Sequence record: MZ779063.1 | Strand: one strand, 5' to 3' | Length of the DNA: 64,000 bases | Shown here: positions 28,101 to 37,440 of the stretch, piece after piece | Layout: each line of letters starts with the position of its first letter | Numbering within the stretch: the first letter of the stretch is position 1 | Position numbers and translations under genes: made by a program | Notes under the pieces: generated by a model | Told to the model about the DNA's origin: nothing | Database searches by the model: none | The model's input: the letters and a program-made list of their open reading frames with translations, nothing else

Positions 28101-30097
28101 CTAACACTATTAGCTTCAGCCATAGCTTTATCTATATCTTTAGATTTTTGATCTAATTCTTCTTGTTGTTTTTCTAACTCTGTTTTAGTATTCTCTAAGT
28201 TAACTTTAGATTCAGCAATTTCATCTTTAGTTTTTTGAATCTGTTCTTGGATAAGATCAAACATATCTTGTTTATCTATAGTACCATCTATTAAACCAGA
28301 TTCAGAGTTAAGAGGTAAACCTAATACGCTTGATAGATTTTCTTTTAATTGATTTAAATTTTCTTTTAATCCTCTATCGGAATCATTAAGGTCATTTTCA
28401 ATTCTGTTAACTTTAACTCTCATTAATTCTAAAGAAGTTTTTACTTCATTGATATCTTCAGTTACGTTGATATTTCCTGTCAATTTTTGAGTTTTACTGT
28501 CATAAGATAAACCTAAAACTCTTCCAATTTCAGAAAATACAGTATCTTTAATACCATGAGAATATTCATTTTGAAGTTTATTCATTTCTAAGTTAATAGC
28601 TTCATTAGATAATTCAATAATACGTTTAGTGCTATTGATTACAGAATAAAATCCTACAAAAGATTTATTAATATCTTTCATTAATGATTCATTCTGATCA
28701 GCTCTATTAAGCTTATTAACTTCAGATTTTATTTTATCGAAATTAGTATCAATTTCTTTAATTTTGTCTCTAACCTGAATCTTAATTGCATCTTCTTTAA
28801 GATAAGCAGAATCAAATATAGATTTCAATTGATTATTAACTTGATCTTTTTGAGATTTAATTAAATTAAAATCAGAAATAATGGCATCAAAGTTAAGTTC
28901 TTTATTTGATTGTAATACACTTAGACCATCTGTACCACTACCGTTATTAGTGCTAATATCATTAATATAATTTTTAAATGATTCTAATTGTTTATTAACT
29001 AAAGATTCAACCAATTTAACATTATTACTTTCAGAAGATGTATTATCTTTAATAAAGATGTTATCATTAGCGTATTTAGTATAATTCTCTAACATTTCAG
29101 GTTTATAAACTTCATTAGAATTTTTATACTTAGCAAAGAAGTTAAATTTCTCAATATTATAATCAAATAAACTTCTCTCTAATTTATATATTTGAAACCC
29201 TGCTGTTAATTCAGGTTTTATATTTTTATAATTGATGAATATTTGACTTGATATAAATTTATTATAATGACAATTAGTCCAATTTCTTAGAACTAAACCA
29301 GTCATTTTTAAATCTATAGCATTCAAAGAACTGTCATTAAGGTATTTAGAAGCAATCTCTTCCATTTCATCTCTAGTTTTTCCTTTAACTTCCATAGTGT
29401 CAAATATATAATTTTCATCTTTAATAAATCTAGCTTGGTTTAATGAATCTTTAACAGTAATAGATTCATTATTATCATTATACATAATTAAGCCAGTTTT
29501 AATATTTGATTTATCTACATTAAATTCAAAACCAGGAATTCTACCAGAAACTTCTTTAGGATTAGATTTTCTTAAATCTTTACCTTTATTAATTATTAAA
29601 GTTCTTTCATTTGTATTAATATCATACTTATGTCTAATAGATAAATCTTTTTCAAATAAAATATCTAATAATTTTTCAAATACAGATTTATTATTTTTAG
29701 ATAAAGTAATTTCTTCATCAACAACCAAATCATTATATTCAATATTATACCCTGTATTCAATAATAGAGTGCTTAATACTGATTTTAATTGTCCTTTTAA
29801 TTCTTCATTAGAATTCACAAAAGTATTATTTAAATCTTTTACATAAGAAGGAATTAATGAAGATTTTAAACCATCTTCTTCAATACAAACAAATTCAGAA
29901 TCATTCTTACTTTCATCTTTAATAATTATATGTGTATTTTCTGAAATGTAGTTTTTACTTTTGAATTCAATATTAATAATTTCAGTTTTCTTACTAAAAT
30001 CATATACTAATTTCTCACTAGAAATTACATTTTCAAAAGTTTCTGCAACTAATTTACCTTCAATTCTTTTACGTTCTTTATCTAGAATACTAATCAA
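22109..30097 (-). CDS. Giant tail fibre / minor structural protein (2662 aa)
   Basis: Tail-spike-like N-terminus, coiled coils, repeated IGxRNL...LExGNxxxxWxPxxxD modules, C-terminal RRYLK...DLGVP domain. Confidence 0.8.
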   Translation of the reverse strand: MISILDKERKRIEGKLVAETFENVISSEKLVYDFSKKTEIINIEFKSKNYISENTHIIIKDESKNDSEFVCIEEDGLKSSLIPSYVKDLNNTFVNSNEELKGQLKSVLSTLLLNTGYNIEYNDLVVDEEITLSKNNKSVFEKLLDILFEKDLSIRHKYDINTNERTLIINKGKDLRKSNPKEVSGRIPGFEFNVDKSNIKTGLIMYNDNNESITVKDSLNQARFIKDENYIFDTMEVKGKTRDEMEEIASKYLNDSSLNAIDLKMTGLVLRNWTNCHYNKFISSQIFINYKNIKPELTAGFQIYKLERSLFDYNIEKFNFFAKYKNSNEVYKPEMLENYTKYANDNIFIKDNTSSESNNVKLVESLVNKQLESFKNYINDISTNNGSGTDGLSVLQSNKELNFDAIISDFNLIKSQKDQVNNQLKSIFDSAYLKEDAIKIQVRDKIKEIDTNFDKIKSEVNKLNRADQNESLMKDINKSFVGFYSVINSTKRIIELSNEAINLEMNKLQNEYSHGIKDTVFSEIGRVLGLSYDSKTQKLTGNINVTEDINEVKTSLELMRVKVNRIENDLNDSDRGLKENLNQLKENLSSVLGLPLNSESGLIDGTIDKQDMFDLIQEQIQKTKDEIAESKVNLENTKTELEKQQEELDQKSKDIDKAMAEANSVREDLGQELEVSQQEFNYYMDSRGDNLIFNGNADQGDESNFPGMYYDNSDAFQSAASFRMEGFNNTVSSERLIPINPEKTYKLSMFMKNNNSLPSSIGHLSYDKDGQLIESQHVMGSEKPVIELAQELRQGDKVIYFKSLDGLDDTYRFQSAPLDEEDDTPVYDYDRDGSVILPSDADDILSIDDPNALPDEEEDSVIYADDTPEEDKTTEPDLPMSESEEPVETNSTPVDEEEAIKNMTNNYNVSNAGIVNKNINPNLVDYNDNHSLVIWNFKSNDGYNYGESTYSRNVFMNGWDFGAIDRENNCIYLNRPFDLINYDSEDGGFPAGTKVSGTFTDSNVEWSLIKDEDIPNTEEDDDPEEFNGWYHRQGLITKENVRGTNGFLYGAFYMTLYFKVNQSEDSDVTEFEDGSDEPKFWVTNLEMYDVTGLESVKKTVIDTNELVATMMTKKEMDDYRKQVVEGFSEVSQTVDMIRQEVSKKIEDLDDKVVRDISSRLETVAGEIKAISEEQKVTQENVTNLEGSLKVATDNITSLVSRIDRSDENYSDLSTKVTQLNDSYTITADKVTKNEGNISDLTGELKVANDKITQEVTDRQSAINDTKQTLQASITTTADSIKQDISKDYATKTSVNETVSNLNTNITAEIGRIDQRVTTETSTEAISGKVKIGTKNMLAGTEKFDLPFLASITKKVNNSITYANTRTNLSEVSQIVAVKPNTNYVLSYDAYSAAASPVIKTPITKASSLTTEVSPKDYLITMTESAKTLTTTPTRYELRFNSKTNNFLKIQFTADNTTKDTYVGHIQLEEGNVASSWDVSPEDYRSRFAKNETRITQTEKDITLNASSITTLDTKTTNQYSELKVETDKITSIVSKQDEMDGKIAANTSSIQQLPNQITSQVTAVENRVNENINNIQIGARNLLENSLSWNKGFEDNSNGSYQYLWRIYIDELLNKVKVGDEISISFDLQMERGDVFRIYDSVVDPGMSIGSDTITNVGNKKFRYKYTSKITKTSGTNTRWAIYAYNNNNGDKFSIENIKIEKGNKATDWSPAPEDVNSQINDIRIGGRNLVLDSKNNKYVNHTLYGKPYNLSLDWIVDETYTVTIKGNTNNKDHYFSAYIDDGYTNLCNLTYDSKKGLWIGTGVAKQSSRNLSKLLTIYDMPKDGNYLSTIEWIKLEKGNKSTDWTPAPEDIETSISTVSSKIDQKADSIELSVNKINNYLNADNALINSDLRNGWEGWKTNDDDTSNNLNFADKIDSPYWTYTFSGSTESNPTDTTTNYRDYLSIISNSNEGWKQWQTSNIDYKDADGSLKLSKIKPGTYTFSFDVRKSLETTKGSITVSLRVNKSSSSINPLSYTISAENDINDDWSTFQTTFNLTSSDLSGMTQLRLIIASVSPYSDGKFYFKNIRLDEGNYPKNPRFSIASEDDMTFNTDNNLALGSVYRVNNVSRGTYKRMTLPLNGYLKKNTKYKVAFDYNIQSGKNSEGLISLYPYRYPYKGSGYSTDLDTLPEISSVNRIDYPVSTTKRNVIEITTPNEDKINQLLFYAAKAGTTDNADITASFENITVIESKDSNDDTSFDINKVKDVFKYKHNNFGTTWPAVMSSYLPVGQEGQFSIGDEVTGSVYIYIPATARKFLTYKIYFEVATYENIQQTTNPKFGVVEIPASEFIFDKWVRYSFTAKIPRNSSNGRTNYLRFLLRYNNYDKTDAYNDGTVFYYALPKLEKGNQLKPWTPSALDKYSTSSLSSKITMNSESIKMISSSIDLNTDKVKIYNNKGNLSFTNDVLRISKSALDTDNFVEINSTGLNIRKNGVDQMVEGMFLSETNFMPTMPGVRTWNWVSGSAHATNEKNFRPIVLDDTRAGTYNIYRDIYKYGYDNAQLDESSGKDKATLNVFSYHHNRRYLKFVYRATVTEGNNLYITFSDGMGWKTNSDIKMHKEIGVTGSSKVDTSTRIATIDLGVPDNFNKYLLIQLSITGSTGSAQLGQISIVRMSLSNFESDVR

Positions 30098-30151
30098 ATT
30101 TAATTCACCATCCTTTCATTTAATTGATATTAATGTGTTCCATGTCAATAA

Positions 30152-30574
30152 TTAATAGTCTTCTAATTGTTCAGCTAGCGTATCAATAATAGCAGCTTTT
30201 TTCCCTGATAGTTGAGTTTCCATATTATCAATAATATTTAATAAAATAGATTTATCTCTAACAGTAATAACTGCTTTTTCTTCATCAATAGCTAATATAT
30301 CTTCTTTAGCATTTGGGAATTCACTTACATTAAGAATAATACTTTCTGGATCTTTAGGGTCTTTAACAATATTACCATTTTCATCTTTTTTAGAAAATTC
30401 GTCAACCATATCTTTTCTATCTTTAGCATATTCTTCATAAGATTCTTTAAGTTGATTAATGAATTTAGTTCTATGTCTAGATTTATTACCATTAAGTGGA
30501 ATATTGAATAACACATCATATACAGTTTGTAAATCTTCATTTTTAATTGTAACTTGTTCAATTGTTTCTACCAT
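30152..30574 (-). CDS. DUF1617-like protein
   Basis: IPLNGNKSRHRTKFINQL...FSKKDENG pattern typical of DUF1617 next to Firmicute phage tail genes. Confidence 0.7.
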   Translation of the reverse strand: MVETIEQVTIKNEDLQTVYDVLFNIPLNGNKSRHRTKFINQLKESYEEYAKDRKDMVDEFSKKDENGNIVKDPKDPESIILNVSEFPNAKEDILAIDEEKAVITVRDKSILLNIIDNMETQLSGKKAAIIDTLAEQLEDY

Positions 30575-30691
30575 TTTTAGAAAACTCCTTTTAAATTGAT
30601 ATTTATAATATAAATTAAGTTATTATGGCATTTTAAAAAATTACTCAACATTTTATTTATTATGAAACTAATAGAAAGTGGGTAGAAATAT

Positions 30692-31954
30692 ATGCCTCAT
30701 TTAGGAAAAGAAAATGGTTATTCCATGTGTACTGCATCACCTTCATTATCTAGTGTTATATCAGGTGTACAATCATTCATGTGGACATATTTTAAATCAA
30801 TGTTCCCTAGTAATTTTTTTGCTTCAACTTATGTAAATACTTCTCTTAATTCAAATTCACTAAAAGATATGAAGGAACGTAAAAAAGGTTTTCCTCATTT
30901 ATCAATGAATACACAATTTGAATTGGGTGATGGTTTTATGTCAGGTTTACCTATGTGGCATAAGACTGATAGATTTGTAATGAAAAATCTTAAAAGAAAT
31001 TATAGATTGATATTTGAAGACGATACAAGAGGAATTAGAATATATACAGTTCCTCAAAGATATAAGATAGTATTTAATTACGGTATACTATTACAAACAG
31101 AAATGGGAGCTTGGAACGTTCTTAATCACATTAATCAAACGTTTGAAAATGGTGGATATAATTATGCTAATGAAATAAGAATACCAACAAAATTACCAGA
31201 AATATTTATTGTTAATATATGTAGAAAACTAGGTTTAGATATTAATAACAATAAAGATAGAATGCAATTAAATGATTATATGATGACAAATGGTTTAGGT
31301 CCAATTACTAATAAAAAAGATTTGTCTACTGGTAAAGAAAAGTATACTTATGATTATACTACTAATATATTATTAAATTATCCTGATTTAACTAATTATG
31401 AAAAAGAAGTAACTAATCTAATAAATAAATCAGCTTCAGTTAGATATGCGATATCTGCTGAATTATGGGTACCTGGTAGTTATATATTAGAAATTGAAGA
31501 TGATTTCAATATTCAAAGAGAAATTGATTCACTTTCAGATGATGTTTTACAATTCGACATTGCTATTTTACAAGATATGATTCCTAAGGAAAATGAAAGA
31601 GGAATGAAATTATTATTAGAAAGAAACTTTAATACTGAAATGAATGTTAAATTTGATTCAACTCAGATTGAAGAAATATTAGATAAAGATGTTATAAATT
31701 CAATTAAAGAACTTAATAAGATTAATGGGGACATTCAAAAAATCGTAGAATTCAAATTGTTTAAAAATAATAAACCTATGAGTAAAGATGAATATTTCGT
31801 TGATTATGATACATTTGAATTAATTGTAAAAGAACCTGAAGATAATAAGGTTCACACACTTGTAATGTATGCGGATACACGTAAGATTAATATGATAAAT
31901 GAATTAATAAATCAAGGAAGAAAAAAAGATTTATACAAAATGGACATATTTTAG
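30692..31954 (+). CDS. Putative tail completion/terminator (T4 gp15-like) protein
   Basis: VPQRYKIVFNYGILLQTEMGAWNVLNHINQTF resembles the gp15 core; structural neighbourhood. Confidence 0.45.
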   Translation: MPHLGKENGYSMCTASPSLSSVISGVQSFMWTYFKSMFPSNFFASTYVNTSLNSNSLKDMKERKKGFPHLSMNTQFELGDGFMSGLPMWHKTDRFVMKNLKRNYRLIFEDDTRGIRIYTVPQRYKIVFNYGILLQTEMGAWNVLNHINQTFENGGYNYANEIRIPTKLPEIFIVNICRKLGLDINNNKDRMQLNDYMMTNGLGPITNKKDLSTGKEKYTYDYTTNILLNYPDLTNYEKEVTNLINKSASVRYAISAELWVPGSYILEIEDDFNIQREIDSLSDDVLQFDIAILQDMIPKENERGMKLLLERNFNTEMNVKFDSTQIEEILDKDVINSIKELNKINGDIQKIVEFKLFKNNKPMSKDEYFVDYDTFELIVKEPEDNKVHTLVMYADTRKINMINELINQGRKKDLYKMDIF

Positions 31955-31974
31955 AAAAAAAAATCAAAATATTA

Positions 31975-32006
31975 GAGGTAACTATCAAATTAATGATAGT
32001 TACCTC
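31975..32006. terminator. Bidirectional terminator
   Basis: 13-bp stem between convergent genes. Confidence 0.8.
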
Positions 32007-32013
32007 AATTTTA

Positions 32014-32820
32014 TTATTTTACATTAGTTCTGTATTCAAGAATAGTTTTTACTAAAAGCATATTAGCATTTAATTCTTTAGAAGTTCCTTCAGCTTCTTC
32101 AGCTTTAAGTTTACCTACTTGTTCTAAAGACATCATTTCCATTGGATTAATATTTTTAGGAATTTTACCTGAATTAAGTTTAATAACTTCGCTAGCTTGC
32201 ATAGCTTTAATAGATTCATTTAAAAATTCATTAATGACTGAATCTGAAAAGCTTTTAATAACTTTGTTATCTTCTTTTTTAGTGATATCATTACCTTTAA
32301 TTAAGTCTGCTCTGTTATAATATACAAATAAATCAATATAAGTTACTAAGATTATATTGTATATTTCTTGGAAGTTTAAATTAGTGCCCATATTTTCATC
32401 AGTGTAATTCAACATTAATGCAAATACTCTTTCACTAATATTACTTTGTCCTTCTGGAAGAAATTCATCAAAACCTACACTTCTAGACATTGATAAGAAG
32501 TCCATAATATTTCTTGCAAAGTTTTCTTCACTGTTTAATTCATTTTCATCAGTAAAGAATTTAACAAAATCAGAATATGATAGACCAGTAATATCATCTG
32601 ATTTTCTTCTAATCATTTTCATACTATAAAAATCTCTAAATGTTTTACTATCTCCAGTTGAACCTAATTTATCTTCTAAGATTTCTAATTCTTTTCTGTT
32701 GGATTCTTCTTTCATTTCTTTCATTAATACATTTGAAACATCCTCGTTAATTCTTTCTAAATCATTGTTAAATAATTCAATTGCTTGGTTTAATTCTTCC
32801 ATTATCCATTTCATCTCCAT
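32014..32820 (-). CDS. Hypothetical protein with its own early-type promoter
   Basis: 268-aa ORF. Confidence 0.8.
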   Translation of the reverse strand: MEMKWIMEELNQAIELFNNDLERINEDVSNVLMKEMKEESNRKELEILEDKLGSTGDSKTFRDFYSMKMIRRKSDDITGLSYSDFVKFFTDENELNSEENFARNIMDFLSMSRSVGFDEFLPEGQSNISERVFALMLNYTDENMGTNLNFQEIYNIILVTYIDLFVYYNRADLIKGNDITKKEDNKVIKSFSDSVINEFLNESIKAMQASEVIKLNSGKIPKNINPMEMMSLEQVGKLKAEEAEGTSKELNANMLLVKTILEYRTNVK

Positions 32821-32858
32821 TTATAAAAATTATTTAAGATTATTTAATTACCATTAAT

Positions 32859-32877
32859 CTCATTTATATAATATATA
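32859..32877 (-). promoter_or_regulatory. Early promoter TATATATTAT-ATAA-ATGAG
   Basis: Match to the recurring early motif on minus strand. Confidence 0.65.
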
Positions 32878-32901
32878 TTTAAATAATGTTTATAATTTTA
32901 T

Positions 32902-33555
32902 TTATATATCTGAAGCTTCTAATAATTCATTATACTGTTCTATTTGATGATCTAACATGTAATCTTTATAATACGAAACAAATTCATTTACTTTACCAAA
33001 TATTGAAGATAATGGAATGATAATTTTACCTGCATGAGCTAATTGATGATTTGTTTTGGATAGTAATACTAAACCTACTTTATTATCGAAATGTAATTTC
33101 ATAACTCTTTCTGCTATATCTATTGATGTGAATTGTTCATCTTCCATTATAGCTCTATTAACTACTATTTCTACAATCTCATATAATGTAAAAGGAAAGT
33201 GATGATATTCCATTGTAACCATGTCTTCTGTTAAATTTGACATTGTTATATCATTTTTTAGATTGTATTCTTCTTTTAATATTGATAAATACTTTTTATA
33301 TTCATTTGATCTTCTTACTAATCCTTCTACATTCTTAATAAATTTCTTTAAACTATTTTCTGATTCTATTTCAAAGTATAAACTTGATATTTGAAATTTA
33401 CTTTTTTTATTTACTAATGTTGTATTATTATTTGAATCTTTCTTGATTAGTATATTATTAATTCTATTATTTTTATTTAATTTAACTTTACTACTTGAAA
33501 ATTTCTTATTATTAAATTTTATATCTACATTTTTATTACTACTCATTTTATTCAA
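32902..33555 (-). CDS. HNH-fold (bba-Me) nuclease-like protein
   Basis: MEYHH...GLVLLSKTNHQLAH pattern; N/K-rich N-terminus. Confidence 0.5.
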   Translation of the reverse strand: MNKMSSNKNVDIKFNNKKFSSSKVKLNKNNRINNILIKKDSNNNTTLVNKKSKFQISSLYFEIESENSLKKFIKNVEGLVRRSNEYKKYLSILKEEYNLKNDITMSNLTEDMVTMEYHHFPFTLYEIVEIVVNRAIMEDEQFTSIDIAERVMKLHFDNKVGLVLLSKTNHQLAHAGKIIIPLSSIFGKVNEFVSYYKDYMLDHQIEQYNELLEASDI

Positions 33556-33963
33556 TTCCTTTTTATTAATTAAAAATTAATTAATTTATTATATTTATAT
33601 TCCTTATTTATTAAAAATTCTTTAATTAAAAATATATTTATTAAAAATTTATTAATAATATTTATATTAATTAAAATTTAATAATTAAAAATAAATAAAC
33701 TACCCCCTAAATCCCCCTTCTTGTAAAACAAATTCCAAACTATATATTAAATTATTAGCTCAGAAAATTAAAAATTTTTACTAAATAATATATCTGTTAC
33801 AAAATGTATTAATCTAATACAGATATATTAATTCTTTTTTATAAGTATAATTATATAATTATTTCAATCATTGGTATGTTTATTTTTGAATTGAATAGAG
33901 AACATATTAAGTTAATATAGATTTTTAAATTAAAAATATTATAGAAAATATACAGAGATATAT

Positions 33964-33975
33964 AACAACCTTTTA
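33964..33975 (+). promoter_or_regulatory. Late promoter AACA-N6-TA
   Basis: AACA ACCTTT TA upstream of baseplate operon. Confidence 0.6.
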
Positions 33976-34013
33976 TTAAATATACAAAGAGAGCGAGGAT
34001 TAAATGAGATATA

Positions 34014-36557
34014 ATGGCTATAGAATTTAATGATTTTAATAGATTCAGTAAAGATGATTTAAGAAAATACAATCCTCTCTATTTTTATAAAGCATTTACT
34101 GAAGAAGATATAGAAAATTTAGATGATGTTATTAAATATTGTCAAGGTCTAATTATTAAAGATCAGTCAATGGCAGATAAATTAGAATCAAATGACTCAA
34201 TGATGGAATCTGATTTATATATAAGAGCTAAAGATGATACGCTCGATGATTACTATTCAGTTTTCGATAGAGATAGTATATTAAGAACGTATAAAGAAAA
34301 AAATCCATACTATGGTAAATTAAGAAATTTATATGATATTGATCCATACGATTCAAGAACGACTAGCGATTTTCAAATAATAAAAGCACTTAATAAAACT
34401 TTAGATAATAAAGAAGAATCTATATTATTGGAAAGTTATACAGAATCAGTTGAATATTTTAAAAAAGTAACTCATACTAGAGCGTTTAATAATCAAATAT
34501 ATTACAGAGAAATGTTTTATATGTATCTAATTAATGCAACTCTACATAGATATATTAATAAAACTATGTATAGAATATTCGATGTTGATAGATATACAAG
34601 GAGAGATCTTAAAAATGCATTTATATCTAATGGTTTGGATTACTTTGATGAGTTCCCACTTGAATATCAAAGAAGAACTTACAAAAGATTAAATGATTTA
34701 ATTAGAAATAAAGGCACTAATGAAATATTTCCTATAATTGAAGAAATATTCTCTATTAATTCTATTGATATTAATAAATATTATCTAGCTAAGCATCCGA
34801 ATGATTTGAAATTTTATAAAACTAATGTAAATGATAATTTCAATCCTTATAAAAATAACCAATATAGCTACAATGAAATTGTCGATCTTGATCCATATTG
34901 GAGAAATACTAAAGAAGAAGTTATGGATAAAGCATTTAACGTTATACAAACTAAATATTTGTCTACTGATGCTGTTATAGATATAATTAATAACAGTAAA
35001 TCTTTATCATTCTTATACAGTTTAATTAACTTAATGAAAGAAGATAAAAATATTATCGAAGATGACAGTTTCAATATGACTAATACAAGAATTAGTTCTA
35101 GAAAATTTAATGTCTTTGACGGAATTGTTACACTTAATACACTTGTCATAAATTATATTAAATGGAATGATAACATTAAGAATGATAAAAATATGAATAT
35201 ATATGCGTATAATTTTAATTCAGATATAAAAGATACTGTAGATGATATTCGTAATTATATTTATTCTAGACAATTTGATAAATCAGACTATACTGATTTT
35301 GCTAGAGAATTAAATTTCCTTAATATTAAGAAATTTAAAAATAGAAATACATTAAGCTATGAAGATATCATAAATGAATATGAATCATCTGACTTAGCTC
35401 AAAGACAATTTAAATTCATCTCTGAAATGTTAACTGGTGAAAATGGATCAACTCAATTAGAATATTATATTGAAAATGATTTAATTATTGATGGTATGCG
35501 TTATTTATGGACTCAGATATCAAAACCAGAAAGAAACTTCTTATTCAAAAATATTTCTTATTATGAAAACTTTATGAAGATATATAAGAAATTCTTAAAT
35601 GTAATGGTAAGAGATGGAAGAATTGATAGAGAAGACGTATATAAAATAATGATTGAAGACGAATCAATTGATAAAGAATTAAAAGATTTTGTTAAAGTTA
35701 TGAATGTTAGATTTTTAAATGAATCTTACGATAGATATAAAGACAATAAGAATGCTGAAAATATTGAAAATATAGTTACTGCAGTCAGAAAATCTATAGA
35801 CTATTCAATTAAGAATAATCAATATACTTCTAAAAAACAAATATCTAGATATCCTGCATTAAAATCATATATTTCAGATATATTAGTTTATGATGATTCT
35901 GATAAAGATTTAATAAATATTTATGATATTATTAATATGTATAAGCATAATGAAAAATTCCGTAAAGAACTAGAAGAATTAATATATAATGCGAATGATC
36001 CTCATTTAAGAGAAAAATTTATTACATTGCATAAACAACTATTTATCAATAATTCTAGTAATGATGTATTTAATGGATTTAAGACCTATTCAGATTATCT
36101 TAAATTTAAAGAACCTGATTTGTATTATTATACTATTGTAGAATCAGAAATATATGATGAAGATACATTTGATAGAGAAACTATCTTTAGAGAAAGAATT
36201 TTTGAATTAGTTAGTAGTATTGATAATCATTTAAATTTAAAAGAACAGTATTTCACTAATAGTAATTTTGTAGGTATAGTTAATTTTATCAGAGATTATA
36301 TTACTATTTTAATTACATTATTTAAATCTTATTCAACTGATTTAATTTATACTAGTCTATTATTTAAATTAGATGATAAATTTGAAAATAGTATACATTT
36401 AATAGACGAAGCCAATGTTAAATATAGTGGAACTTCTAAAAAAGTAGATAAAATCAATACACTTGACAATAAAAATATCATTGATAAAATTAATAGAAAA
36501 GAAAGTATTGAGACTAAAGATGAATTAAAAATCTCAATAATTAAGAAGGGAGATTAA
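34014..36557 (+). CDS. Baseplate wedge protein (T4 gp7/P2 gpI-like)
   Basis: LIRNKGTNEIFPIIEEIF wedge motif; structural cluster. Confidence 0.55.
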   Translation: MAIEFNDFNRFSKDDLRKYNPLYFYKAFTEEDIENLDDVIKYCQGLIIKDQSMADKLESNDSMMESDLYIRAKDDTLDDYYSVFDRDSILRTYKEKNPYYGKLRNLYDIDPYDSRTTSDFQIIKALNKTLDNKEESILLESYTESVEYFKKVTHTRAFNNQIYYREMFYMYLINATLHRYINKTMYRIFDVDRYTRRDLKNAFISNGLDYFDEFPLEYQRRTYKRLNDLIRNKGTNEIFPIIEEIFSINSIDINKYYLAKHPNDLKFYKTNVNDNFNPYKNNQYSYNEIVDLDPYWRNTKEEVMDKAFNVIQTKYLSTDAVIDIINNSKSLSFLYSLINLMKEDKNIIEDDSFNMTNTRISSRKFNVFDGIVTLNTLVINYIKWNDNIKNDKNMNIYAYNFNSDIKDTVDDIRNYIYSRQFDKSDYTDFARELNFLNIKKFKNRNTLSYEDIINEYESSDLAQRQFKFISEMLTGENGSTQLEYYIENDLIIDGMRYLWTQISKPERNFLFKNISYYENFMKIYKKFLNVMVRDGRIDREDVYKIMIEDESIDKELKDFVKVMNVRFLNESYDRYKDNKNAENIENIVTAVRKSIDYSIKNNQYTSKKQISRYPALKSYISDILVYDDSDKDLINIYDIINMYKHNEKFRKELEELIYNANDPHLREKFITLHKQLFINNSSNDVFNGFKTYSDYLKFKEPDLYYYTIVESEIYDEDTFDRETIFRERIFELVSSIDNHLNLKEQYFTNSNFVGIVNFIRDYITILITLFKSYSTDLIYTSLLFKLDDKFENSIHLIDEANVKYSGTSKKVDKINTLDNKNIIDKINRKESIETKDELKISIIKKGD

Positions 36558-36562
36558 AAAGC

Positions 36563-37399
36563 TTGTTTAATTTTGATAGATTTTCAAGAAGACTTGTTGA
36601 AAGTAACGCTATGGAACAAGAAAAAATAGATGAGATAAGCTCAAGAGTGGAAACAAGAGACTCTAACGCTATTAATATCAAATCAGATTTTAAAGAAGAT
36701 ATAGGAAATTACATTAAAGGTATTGTTAAATTTTCTAATCCTAGAACAGGTGAACTAATACATCAAGAAGAAAATTTAGTTTTAATGAGAACTCGTGTTT
36801 GGTTATTAGAAAAATTATTTGGTAAAGGTATACCTTCAAACTATAATGCAGATAGTACCCCTGATCGTACAATTTGTTTATTCTCGATTGGGTCAGGTGG
36901 AGCAGATGTTAACAATGCAGCTTTTTCTCCTTATACAGTTAAGTATTCGGATCAAAAATTAAATAGACCAATTCCATTTGTAGTAGAAAATCCAGATAAA
37001 GAAAATTCTGATTTAACTGCAAATAATCCTAGTATGATTGAAGAATTATCTGATGAACAGAGAAGAAAATATTATCTTCCTGAAGATAAACAAGATGGAA
37101 CTACTAGTTTCTATGGTAAACGTTTTACTAATGCGACTAAAGAAAATCCTCTTGGAGATTCAAAAGGATGGATTATTGATAATGAAGATGGTTCAGTAGC
37201 ATTTTCATTAAAAATGTCAGTAGAACCAGATGAAGCTAGAGGTTCTATCGTAAATGAATTAGGTTTATGGTTAGCTAAATATAATGAAACTGAAAATAAA
37301 TTTGATGGTACTGAATTAGCTACAAGACTTACATTTGATAGTCGTTCTTTAAAGAACTTATCAGATGGATTAGATATAGAATATATTATTTATATTTAA
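36563..37399 (+). CDS. Baseplate/tail-associated structural protein
   Basis: NLVL...IGSGG...INELGL-type pattern (IVNELGLW...LATRLTF). Confidence 0.5.
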   Translation: MFNFDRFSRRLVESNAMEQEKIDEISSRVETRDSNAINIKSDFKEDIGNYIKGIVKFSNPRTGELIHQEENLVLMRTRVWLLEKLFGKGIPSNYNADSTPDRTICLFSIGSGGADVNNAAFSPYTVKYSDQKLNRPIPFVVENPDKENSDLTANNPSMIEELSDEQRRKYYLPEDKQDGTTSFYGKRFTNATKENPLGDSKGWIIDNEDGSVAFSLKMSVEPDEARGSIVNELGLWLAKYNETENKFDGTELATRLTFDSRSLKNLSDGLDIEYIIYI

Positions 37400-37406
37400 T
37401 AAAATA

Positions 37407-37436
37407 ACCACAACGATAAATTAATATCGTTGTGGT
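37407..37436. terminator. Bidirectional terminator
   Basis: 12-bp stem between convergent genes. Confidence 0.75.
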
Positions 37437-37440
37437 ATAT

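Noticed and set aside
33851-34072. 73-aa minus-strand ORF
   Set aside because: Overlaps the late promoter and start of the baseplate gene; no RBS
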